37,745 bases of DNA. It comes from Macrostomum lignano (Eukaryota). The stretch covers positions 197,069 through 234,813 of the forward strand of contig NIVC01001808.1 of the NCBI GenBank assembly GCA_002269645.1, written 5' to 3'. This document shows positions 22,977 to 32,900 of the stretch, one piece after another (within the stretch, counting starts at the first letter, position 1; every line of letters starts with the position of its first letter). The translations under genes and the position numbers were made by a program. The notes under the pieces are model-generated. The model saw only the letters and a list, made by a program, of their open reading frames with translations, was not told where the DNA came from and ran no database searches.

Positions 22977-23937
22977 CTTGCCTCCCTCCCTCCCTGTCCG
23001 TCTGTCTGTCCCTCCATCCGTCTGTCTGTCCGTCTGTCGTTAGTTAAGAACTTTAGTGAGTGACGGAAAGCGTAAGATACTTGATTCAAAAATTTTAAAT
23101 ATGTTACTATGCAATGCATAAATAAATAATAACAAATTTGCAAAGAAAACAAAAATCTATGAATTAAAGTATGTAACAAACTGATGCACAATGAAGAGCA
23201 AGCAAAGCTTTTTATCAATTTCGATTTAAGAGTTATAAATGTACCAGCTATACTACTCTCCGTAAGTTTAACGCAAATTGTTTGCTTTTTGTATTTTTAC
23301 TAACCAGAAACTTTTCACAATAATTTCGTAATCTTCTTAGCTTAGAAGAAAAATGCGATAGAATGGCACTTTAGTCAATGCTATCTGTTTGAAAATCAGG
23401 AAATTGACTCACGAGTAAAAGGTCGCGGGTTCGATTCCCAATCCCACTCGGAATAATTTGTGTCCTTGATGGTCTGGCGACCCCCGTGCGCAGCCTTCAG
23501 ATGCGCCGCGCAACAGCTGCGGCTGAGCTGTCGGTCGCACATCTGGCCATGAAGACAGGTGTAATAGGTTTAATCAATAATAATTATCATAAATCATAAC
23601 TGTCCTTTCTTTAAACTTTAACCCCCCCCCCAGACGCGGCTACGCAGAGTACCGCCAGCTGCTGCGCGACGCTCTTGACGCGGTGAACGCGGCCCGGCAG
23701 CCGTTTGTCGACCTGTTCGAAGCCGAACGCCTCGCCATTGAGGAGGCCAGAAAGCAGCGCGAAGCCGAGGCTGCGGCTGCCGAGGCGGCCAAAGCGGCCG
23801 CTGCCGAGGCGGAAAAAGCGGCCGCCGCTGAGGCTGGCGACGGCGAGGCCGACAACTCGGACTCTGTAAAGCCGGATGAGGCGGAGATATCCGAGGTCGA
23901 GGGCGGCAAAGAGTGGGCCGTGGTTGATGCTGTTTAA
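15080..23937 (+). CDS. CCAR1: CCAR1/DBC1-family protein (cell division cycle and apoptosis regulator 1-like), 9 exons, 929 aa as modelled; additional 5' exons possible
   Basis: Exons 15080-15316, 16103-16435, 17125-17447, 17651-17960, 18640-18956, 20618-20923, 21394-21655, 22519-22916, 23634-23937. All introns GT-AG, phases consistent, total 2790 nt. Domains: S1-like (HGTITKLFEKFGYVNDDIFF), DBC1/Nudix-like (YSAKVMLLS...LGGPWSPSVDG...WYKFMELHYYR...ETVTYFLPDVW), SAP (MKVADLRRELESRGRDSRGLKAQLVARL), EF-hand-like (CEFFDRDRTG), C-terminal coiled coil. Confidence 0.92.
15420..16019. repeat. 40-bp minisatellite in CCAR1 intron 1 (GAAGATTATAAATACCCTCTATGATGCTAGGGTTGGACCT)
   Basis: Homogeneous 40-bp period from about 15655 to 16019, with degenerate copies upstream. 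Confidence 0.95.
16625..17060. repeat. 16-18-bp minisatellite in CCAR1 intron 2 (TGTAGCTGGCGCCCTCTC)
   Basis: Read directly. Explains the spurious RQLQR/CSWRP ORFs. Confidence 0.93.
17460..17567. repeat. (TCTG)n microsatellite in CCAR1 intron 3
   Basis: Read directly. Confidence 0.95.
17985..18578. repeat. 22/24-bp minisatellite in CCAR1 intron 4 (GTAGCTACCAGT[GT]ACCAGGTGGT)
   Basis: Read directly. Two unit lengths differing by GT. Confidence 0.95.
19546..19720 (-). pseudogene. P-element transposase remnant
   Basis: Reads KFPPEVRRFASTLHYYSPKAYKYVRKFFQLP / HPSSLRKWISSV / PGFCVQALQEL across two frameshifts. Matches the F-x-x-TL-x-(F/Y)YSPKAY...LPHP..L.KW...PGF motif of P-element/THAP9 transposases. 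Confidence 0.8.
20030..20087. repeat. (TTCAA)n microsatellite inside the P element
   Basis: Read directly. Confidence 0.85.
20307..20520. repeat. About 28-36-bp minisatellite (CTCCCAGATCCTCAGTTGCTGGGGCCAGTCAC), about 7 copies, in CCAR1 intron 5
   Basis: Read directly. Starts immediately after the P-element TSD. Confidence 0.88.
21039..21385. repeat. 21-bp minisatellite in CCAR1 intron 6 (GATTATCGGTTTAGAATGTGA and variants)
   Basis: Period 21 (AGATTATCGG at 21061, 21082, 21103). Runs up to the acceptor at 21393. Confidence 0.92.
21665..22472. repeat. (AGT)n trinucleotide array with AGC/GGT/GGA/GCGTT interruptions, filling CCAR1 intron 7
   Basis: Read directly. Source of the artefactual poly-Val and poly-Leu ORFs. 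Confidence 0.97.
22945..23040. repeat. (TCTG)n-type microsatellite in CCAR1 intron 8
   Basis: Read directly. Confidence 0.85.
23406..23590 (+). mobile_element. Truncated, internally deleted copy of the SINE at 28606
   Basis: Shares GACTCACGA...GGTTCGATTC...TGTGTCCTTGA and GCAGCCTTCAGATGCGCCGCGCAA(C/T)AGCTGCGGCTGAGCTGTCGGT with 28606-28906. The central domain is deleted. Confidence 0.85.
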
Positions 23938-24051
23938 TTGACTTTTTTTCTGCAACATTTTGCTTGTGGAACGACTGTTTAGTGTTGTGCTACTGACATT
24001 TTTTTCGTTTTACGATTGAATTATTAAAACTGTTGGCTTGCAATTCTTATC

Positions 24052-24057
24052 AATAAA
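24052..24057 (+). promoter_or_regulatory. Candidate polyadenylation signal of the CCAR1-like gene
   Basis: AATAAA about 115 nt after the stop codon. Confidence 0.5.
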
Positions 24058-25371
24058 CAGTGCGTCAAGCTTCTTACGACTATTATGTAATTCTTTTCTT
24101 CAAGTTTGTTTGCATTATCAACCGTAGGCTTAGCGACTGATTAACTTAAATAAGTTTGATAGCAACATTCTGGCATCGGATGTTTCAGCATTCAATACCT
24201 AAATAACTCTCTACTCCAATTTTGTGTCATAGTCATTGTTAGTTAATAAGAAATTCACTCTGGTAATAATCTTTGCTGTTTTTATATAAGCCGGTGGTTA
24301 TATAATAAAAGTAAATAACTAAAGCATTTTGTTCTGACAAAAGACCTGTCAGATTAGCTTTTGGTAGTTGCTACCCAGCAGCTGTGAAATAAAGCAGTGA
24401 TAGCTTGTTTGTTTGTTATTCTTTAACTGCACTAATCTGTGAAAATGTTGCAAAATCATTTTCAAGGGGTTACAACATATTTGTAAAATTTTACAATTAA
24501 ATTACTCCTTAAATTACTCGTACGAAGAAGCATGAGTGTTAGCTTTTTTAAATGTATGAAGAATCCTATAGATTTATCTCAGGGAACACTGCTTCAAACA
24601 ATGAATTTAACCCCTGATAGTGACAGATGCAGTGGGCGAATACATGTATATGTACATAAATTGAGTTTTAAAAGTCTACATAGAAATTGGTACTTTGATT
24701 TTCTGATTCCAATTTCTGATTGTAAGAAAAGCTGCATTTTGTATGAAATTTATTTCGCTCAAAATGTTAAGAATTTTATTGTCTTAATTAGAAAAAACTC
24801 AAGGACTTTCTCTACCCTAAGCTTGCTTAATTAGCTTGGTAAAAACTCGGTCCTTATAAGGCCTTTGAATTGCGTCATTTTGAAGAAACAAATCTCCCAT
24901 TTTAACAAATGAAAGCTTGAAGTGCTTCAGATGTTCGGTATAACAAGTAAATTTGTTAGCTAACTCTATAATTTGAGTTATATTTTAGAAATAATTTCTT
25001 GGCTTTGTATGTACATAGTTGCTTGTAAAAAAGGCCCCTAAAATTTAACTTTTATTAAAGCGCCGCATTTTTTACTACAGAGCCTTGCATGCATGCCATC
25101 AAGTCCAAGTTGTGCGAACGGGAACATAGAAAGTATTTAGCCTCAATTTCACAAATTTCACAAGTCCTGTAAGTGTCAATGTATAATAGTCTATAATAAA
25201 TTTACTTAGATTAAGATGCTGCATTAATTTCTCTAACTTTTTATTACAGCTAATATAATCCTAGTTTCCCGCGTTAAATTATTTTGAGTTAAAATATCAA
25301 CTCAATAAGTTAAAAGAAGTTAGTCCATAGCAGTCAATAGTCCGCTGAGCTCACTAAATGGTATAAAATGC

Positions 25372-26130
25372 TATATTATAGCTCTATATTTTATTCTACA
25401 AAATTCAGTCGCTATCTATCACCATAATAAAATTAGACTTGCGACTTTAAATTTTCCAAGTTTCATACCAGAGCAAATTTTGATTAATTGCATTTTAATT
25501 AAAGCGAATAGCATTATAAAGTATTAGCTGGGCATGGCTATCAAGTGTTGACTTTGGCCTATTCAGTATTCTTCTAGAGTTAATCAAAGTTTATAATTAG
25601 CCTCTAGTCTCAATCCCTACTTCTAATGCAAGTATAAACAAAATTACTTATACTATAGCTTTATAGTTATCAAATTATCATTTTTTGTAATAATCTATTA
25701 TAAAATATTAAAATTTTTATATATTAATGGCCTAACTATTATTATTGGGATAGACCTATTCATTATCCTACAATAAACTAAGATTTTTAGAAAGCAACTA
25801 AGTTTTAGAAAACCTTGAGTTTCCAATAATATAATTATTCACAATAGCAACTATCCTGACATGATAAAAGTTTTTAAATAGTTAAAAAGCTGATAAATTG
25901 ATATTGGTAATATAGTTTATAATATTATTTGTCATTACTTAAAGACATTCTTTTCATTATTATAGTCATGATTATATTAGTATTATTTTTATTAATCTAA
26001 ATCTAAGCTATACTTATATTATAGCTCTATATTTTATTCTACAAAATTCAGTCGCTATCTATCACCATAATAAAATTAGACTGGCAACTTTAAATTTTCC
26101 AAGTTTCATACCAGAGCAAATTTTGATTAA
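25372..26130 (+). repeat. 116-bp direct duplication (25372-25487 and 26015-26130)
   Basis: Copies are offset by 643 nt. Two mismatches seen (GACTTGCGACT vs GACTGGCAACT). Confidence 0.9.
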
Positions 26131-26170
26131 CTTATCAACTAGACTAAATTGTGGACTGCCAATTGCAGCA

Positions 26171-28309
26171 ATGATTGCCGAATTCGAATTCGATGACACA
26201 GCCTTGAACTGGCCTGGATCATGGGGCAGCCCATCCGATCCTTCTGCTGACGGTTTTAGCGAAGAAGACGGCGTTTTTTCTGTAGTTTCCATGGCAACTG
26301 TAGATGAGGAAGAGTTTCCAGCGCCAGCGGATGCGTGCGAGGCGGCCGAGCTGGAGACAGCCCGGATGCGGCGGCTGGCGGATGCGAAGGCGAGGCAGCT
26401 GCAGGAGTTTCAAGTGAGAATTTACAGTTACGCTTGTATCAGGGCCGCTGTACACCCTCTGTCTGCGGTGCCTGCTCGGGGGGCCTCCTTGTTGACATCG
26501 GGTCTTTTATGTGTACATTTTGTCATTGTCTCGATCGATCGATTTCTTACTTCTCTCTTAATAACTAAAGAGCTCTTTGTGATTTATAGTTTATAAAAAA
26601 ACCTGCGCTCACCACAGGCTCGCGAAGCGGCCCGAGTTCGCGCCTATCGACGACTTGCCCGACTGCAGGCAGCCGCCAATGCCGGCTCCGCTGCCGCCGC
26701 CTCCGCTAGACGGGCAGCATCAGCATCGGGATCGTCAGCAGCTTCGCCGAGGTCGCAGCAGCCTCCTCCTGTAGACTGGGAGACGCTCCGCCAGTGCTGC
26801 CACCGGGAGACCCTCGCTGCTCGACGCGCCTTGGTCGGCAGGCGTCAGCCGGAGCCTTCGCTGCGGCGCCCGTTGGCAGGTCCGTTAAACAGCTTCGTCG
26901 ATGTCAATCATTGTTTCGGCAGCCCACAACAGCAGCAACTTGGCCAAGACCATCTGGCCGTCTCCGCCGCCTCCTCGACTGTCGATGGCAGGGGCGGCAG
27001 CGGAGGCGGTCGGCGCGGCTCCGCCACGCTGGCAACGTCGGCCGTCGTTGCCGCCGCAAAATTCGACGCCGCCAACGCGGCAGCCGCGGCCGAATCAGCG
27101 AGACGCCAGCGCGCCGCCCAGCGCTCCCTGTCGGCGCTGTCTGAGCGCGAATCGGCGCGTCGTTGGCGCCGTCGTCGAGAGGCCAGCGCCAGGGCGCGCC
27201 GGGTCAAAGCGGAGGGCGAGGCGATGGCGGCGGCCCGGCTGGCCGCGGACTGCGCAGTTCCGGCGAACGCCACCGCCTCGGACCCGGAGTGCGATGGCGA
27301 CGGCGGCAGAGTCAACGGAGACGAAGGAGGAGACGAGACCATAGCCAGCGTGACTGAGCTGACTCACACTGTGCTCACCCTGGCAACCACGGGTCGGGAC
27401 TGTCCGAACGGCATCGCGGCTGACCAGCCTGAGGAGGAACCGACGAACGGAGATGCGGATCGACCGAAAAACCAACTGCTTTTCCTGCAGAGCCTGCAGG
27501 TCAGTCAGCTTTTTCTTGCTCCGATTTTTTCTTAGAAATGGTTGCCTATACTCAAAAAGTAAACTTTTGTTTTATCATGGCTTACCGGTTTTACCGGAAA
27601 ACGCAATAATTTATTGAAATTCTCATAATTCTAGTTGATGTTCAGATAGAAATTATTGAACTACTTAAAAAATCACCCAAATCTCGTTAGTGTATTTTTC
27701 GTGTGATGCTAATCTTTCTTAGAAACCCAGATTTCCCGACCTACTTAAGCCGTCTTCGGTGTTGCTGAAGGTGTTGTGCCAGAGTGCCCGCAGCTATATC
27801 TGGCTGGTAAAGTGCATCATTAGGGTCACTGGCTATATCAGTGCAAGCGCTCTACACACCAAACCCCGCTACAGAAATCGTCCAACGGAGCCTCCGCCAG
27901 GTGGCATCGAAGGTCTTCACCGACCGCGCAGGCGTCCAATGCTTCTTCGACATCTTCCGGCTCGTCGCTGGACGATATCACCACAGCCGCCGACAAGACT
28001 GACAGTCGGGACTGCACAAGCGTCAGGGACTCGCAGAAGTGGCAGTGGCTGCTCAGCCGCTGCCAGCATCTCGGCCTCACCGTGCCCCCTCTCTGCCCCT
28101 GCAATCCATCAGCTGTGGACGCCTTCACCGGCTGCGATCCGTCTGGCTGCGCCCTGAACTGCATGTTCTACCGCAGGCCGCGGGCCCTGCTAGCAGCCGT
28201 GGCCGATTTTGTTCGCGCAGCCGATCCGACTTTTCCGCCGCCCGGCACCGACTGGTGGCTGCGTGAGGCGGCGCCCGCAGCGAAGGCTGCCGGCGTTGGC
28301 AAGATCTAG
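26171..28309 (+). CDS. CCDC15: CCDC15-like coiled-coil protein, 3 exons, 519 aa as modelled
   Basis: Exons 26171-26413, 26618-27499, 27875-28309; GT-AG, all phase 0. Arg/Ala/Glu-rich coiled-coil stretches. C-terminal LTVPPLCPC...GCALNCMFYRRPRA resembles the remembered CCDC15 motif LPPLC.C...CANNC.FY...RA. Start codon uncertain. Confidence 0.65.
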
Positions 28310-28605
28310 GACTTAAAGTTTGTTTTTTAAATTCACGAGATTGCCTACTGAGGAGTAGCAAGTGCAGAATATTTAGCGAGTGTTTTATTGTATTGTGTTC
28401 AAAAAAGTTGCTTTGCAATAATTAAGTATAACTTCAAGTGTGTGTCTGTGCTACGAAGCTCGTAAAAGTCCACTCAAGCAATGCGAATCGAATAATAACA
28501 CAATAATATCACTGGTTACCATGTTCATTCGAAACACAGCTTGGAAGGCTCGTACTTTGTAATTTAGTGTTTGAAAAGCCTGAAAAGTTCCAATCTAAGC
28601 TCTAA

Positions 28606-28906
28606 GGGGGTTGTAGCCTAGTGGTCAGAGCGTCGGACTCACGACTGAAAGGTCGGGGGTTCGATTCTAAACCCATTCGGAACAATTTGTGTCCTTGAGC
28701 AAGACACTTTAACTCTGCATTGCTTCAGTTCACCGAGCTGTAAAATGGGTGCCAGGATTAGTTGGGGTAACTGAGGGTGTGTGTGGCGACCCCCCAGTCC
28801 TTGGACTGAACAGCCGTACGCAGCCTTCAGATGCGCCGCGCAATAGCTGCGGCTGAGCTGTCGGTAGCATATCTGCTCATTAGAGCAAGTGTAGTCGATT
28901 ATTATT
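28606..28906 (+). mobile_element. tRNA-derived SINE with a CORE(MIR)-like central domain
   Basis: A box TAGCCTAGTGG (28614-28624), B box GGTTCGATTC (28658-28667). Central TGTGTCCTTGAGCAAGACACTT...CTTCAGTT...CTGTAAAATGGG (28688-28749) resembles the CORE domain. (ATT)n tail. A second copy lies at 23406. Confidence 0.85.
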
Positions 28907-29910
28907 AACCAGCTAGTAATTAGCTTCAGACTAGGGGAAGGCAAATGAAATCGGTGGGGCTCGAGCCCCGGACCTGAAATTTTACATTTTCTGTCCTGTG
29001 TCAAAGTGCATTTGCACTGCCACAACTTTTCTATCAAATTGTAAATTTGATTTTAGCTACGCATTGTCCAAGTGATTTTAATTTTTAGCTCAATACTTGT
29101 ATTAACAAGTGCTCGAATATTCCAACAGCCATCTGTAAATTGCATTGATTACATTTTACCGTCCATGAAACTGCTTTCTTGCGTGCCTAACTTTTGACCT
29201 AACATTTTGGCAGCTTTTTAGGAAGTGTAAATTATGAAATAAAACAAAATCCTAGCAATAATAATGAGTGCGATCGGTACAAAAGTAGAAACTAATTGGC
29301 TTTATTTCTGTAAAATTCCGTTTTTTAAAGAGAAACATTTGTTTTAATTCGAGCGAACTAAAATCGCGTCAATTTAAAAATAGAAATAGAGATCTATTGA
29401 AAATGCGAGCGAAATGATTAAAACAAACTCAAAGCAGGAAGTGATTAGTATATACACATTTCATACTACTTAGAATAAGTATACATTTCAACAAATAAGG
29501 CTTCTGTCCGCTAAACTACCAAAAAATAAGTCAGTTGAAGGGTTTTTGGACCGGGCATTTAAAGGCGCTATAATTATCGGGGTAAAGCTATTAAGTTCAA
29601 GTGTGCTCACTTGAATACGTATATCCTTGGAATAAATTTAACAAAAATTTCAGTATAAAATATCTTTAAAATGACGAACAATGAAGAGGTGAAGCTCTTT
29701 TGGAAAATTTCAACTGATTAATAGATAATAGAAAGCCTATATTGACCATTTGATAAGTTTAATGCGCAATTTTTATGTTAGTAGTGCGTTGTGAATAGTA
29801 TCGTTAATATTTTCTTGCAGAGAGTCTCAGATAAAATACTCTTGTGATTACAGCTATTTCCTCAACCATAGTTATGGGAATTTTTTGTCAATTGGTGGCC
29901 AATCTAGGTT

Positions 29911-29916
29911 TTTATT
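29911..29916 (-). promoter_or_regulatory. Candidate polyadenylation signal of the cadherin gene
   Basis: AATAAA on the minus strand about 80 nt after the stop codon. Confidence 0.45.
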
Positions 29917-29997
29917 ATCCATGGATGCTACAGCAAGGTGGCAGTCTCAAGTTTTATGGGCTCTATGAGTGTCCTCGTCAGTCCTGGCGGCAGCAGT

Positions 29998-32900
29998 TCA
30001 AAGCTCAAAGATCACAACGTCGGATGCGGCGCTGCCCCGGCCAGAATCGTTGTTACTCTGCCTGGATTGGTTCTGATTCTGCCTGTTATTGGAGTTGTTC
30101 TGCGTCTGCTGCTGCTGCTGCTGCTGTTGTTGTTGCTTGTCGTTAAAGTCCGGCCTCGGCGTGTCTTGGAATCGTTGCGGCGGCTTCGGCTGCTGCTGCG
30201 AATTGGGCAGGAGGTGCCGCTGGTTCATGGGCTGCCGGGCCAGCTGACTGGTTGCTTTGCCGCCTCCGACTCCAGCCGCCGGAGCTACCGTGGTCTGGCC
30301 GGCTGCTGCAGCCGTCGGCGCAGCGGCAGACGCGCCAGCCCCGGCGCCGCCGCATGCGTTAACCAAGCCGTAGACAAGGGCGCCAATCAAAGCAACGCCG
30401 GCGGCGGCCCCCAGAGCCAGGCAGAGTTTGCCCCACCACGTATCCAACCAGTTTGTTGACGCGTCACTGTCGGAGTCTGGATACGGCTCCACTTTGTTGA
30501 CCCGGTAGTTGCTGAAGCTGCTGCTCGTGAGGACGCTGGTAGGTGTCCCGTCTGACTTAAGTCGCCACTTGTCCAACAGTTGAGACTTGGTCAGGAATTC
30601 TTTGTCCTGGCCAATATTGGAGATGCTATCAGTGCTAAGGCTGCTTAGAGCATAGAAGTATCCAACCCAGTAGATTCCAGACTTCTGCTTTTTCCAGAAC
30701 CTCACTGAGCTGCCCGGGTGGACATCCTGCAGGGTGGAGTTCAGGCTGGCAGTGAGGCTAGTCAGCATCATGTTGAAGCTGCTCTCTGACAACTCTGTGT
30801 AGATTAGCACCACGTAGTCCTCAGGCGGGAAGGAGTCGCAGCGAACTGTGGCATTTTGCGTAGACACCAGGCCTCCGCCGTCGGTGGCCATCGCGTACTG
30901 GATGTACTTTTTGTTGCGCTCCATGACTTGATCGGAGTTTCGAATCACTTGACCGCTAGTTGCGCCCAGATACAAATAGATGTTTGTACTATTCCAACTG
31001 TACGACGTTATCGTACCGAAAGTCCCCGCGTCGGCGTCTGTGGCGGTCAGCGTCGCCAGAATCGCTCGCGTATCGTCGTTGTACGGCACCTCGCAGTTGT
31101 AGAATGTCGAGGCAAACACTGGCCGGTGCTCGTTCACGTTGTTCAGAGACACCCAGACGCTGGCTGTGGAGCTGCGCTGAGGCGACGTTCCAGCGTCTTT
31201 GACCATGACGGTGAAGCTGCGTGATTCAATTCGGTTGTTACGGTTTTTAGTGCATGGTACTGTTGGATTATGTATTGGAATTAACTCAAAACAAAGTAGA
31301 GTAACAAAGATGTGCACTGGCTTACAGAAAGTCCGTGTTAGTCTCGTAGTCCAGAGCTGCAATAGTGCTTAGCTGTCCTGTGGCAGAATTGATCGAGAAA
31401 AATGTACTCGCTGTCGTTGCTGACGAATGCAGCGAGTAGGTCAACGCAGCGTTGCTGCCGCGTCTTGATCCGTCGCTGACACGGTCAGCACCACCGAGCC
31501 AATAGCTAGACTCTCACTAACTGAGGCGTTGTAGTAGGCTGCACTGAAGACGGGATCGTTGTCGTTGGTGTCCGTGATAGAGATGGTTACATTCAACAGC
31601 GGAGAAGACGTCAGAGAAGGAACTCCATTGTCGTAGGCGGCAATTTGCAGCACGTAGGTTGCCAGAGTCTCTCGGTCGAGAGCCGCCTGATTGACGTATA
31701 CCACTCCAGTGACGCTGTTGACGCTAAAGTGGCCGGCCGTGCCCACTAAGTGGCAGCAACAGCATAGCTTACTGTCTGGCTCGGGCCGTCACTGTCTGTG
31801 GCAGTTACAGTTCCTAGAGTGCTGCCCACCGGGGAGTTTTCGGCAATCTGAACGATAGGAAAAAGAAAATAGTCAAGTTGAGTCTTTTTGAGACGTGTAC
31901 TACACAGGAATGAAGGCAATAAATCGTCTTACCGAGAAACTAACAGTCGGGGACGCAAAACTAGGTGCAAACTCGTTGACATCCATCACGGACACGGTGA
32001 GAGTTGACGTGGCCGATTTAGCTGGCGAACCGTTGTCCTGAACCTGCACCACAAGCTGGTAAACTGGTATGGCCTCCCGATTGAGAGTTACAGGCGAGGC
32101 CACGGTCACTTGGCCAGTGCTGGCATCGATAGCGAACGCGGTGCTATTATTGCCGTCAATGATGCTGTACGTGAGTGCGCCATAGGTTGAGTCTCGGTCA
32201 GTAGCGGCGATGGTGTACACTAGCGTGCCCGCCGTGGAGTTCTCCACCAGTTTCACCGTGTCGGGTAGGCCTGAGAACTGCAATAGAAGGAGTTGTAAGT
32301 AAATTCGTTTTTTAAGCAGTCCAATACATTTAAAATTAATTAGGATCAAACGAAAGATTCAGTTATTTTTTAAATATACGAGTACTACTTAAAAGTCTTA
32401 CCAACGGCGTGTGGTCGTTGATATCATTAACGGTGATTACAAGGGTTGTGGTACCCGTGCGTGGTGGCGACCCGCCATCTTTTGCAAGCAGCAACAGGCG
32501 ATAGACGCCGAACTGTTCGCGGTCGAGCGTGGCCGCCGTTGTCACAGCCCCGGCACTAGATACTGTAAACTTAGACGCGTCCGAAATGCCGTCCTGAGAC
32601 GTGAGGGAGTACGTTAGCTGGGCGTTTACACCGGCGTCTGCATCGGTTGCAGCATAGGTGCCAACAGTGGTAGACGGCGCTGACTCCTCCGCTACAGAGG
32701 CGGCAAAAGAGGCCGAAGCAAAAGCTGGAGTGTTGTCGTTTTGATCAGCAATCGTGATGAAAAAGCTTCTTTGAGTTGTGCGCTGCGGGGTACCCATGTC
32801 GGTAAGCGCGATAGTGATATTGTGCAGGCTGCAGTTCTCTCGGTCGGGATTGGCAGTCGTCTTCAGCTGACAGTTGTCGCGTCGATGGTGAAAATCGCCG

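Noticed and set aside
26794-28418. Overlapping alternative-frame and antisense ORFs over the GC-rich CCDC15-like exons (likewise over CCAR1 and the cadherin)
   Set aside because: Shadow ORFs expected from high GC content and stop-poor codon usage. No independent splice or motif support.
28606-28680. tRNA gene
   Set aside because: A and B boxes are present, but I see no closing acceptor stem, and it runs into a SINE body with a second dispersed copy.
31748-31774. 27-nt micro-intron (gtaagc...cacttag) as the explanation of the frameshift near 31748
   Set aside because: Removing it leaves the downstream cadherin sequence out of frame and leads to a premature stop.
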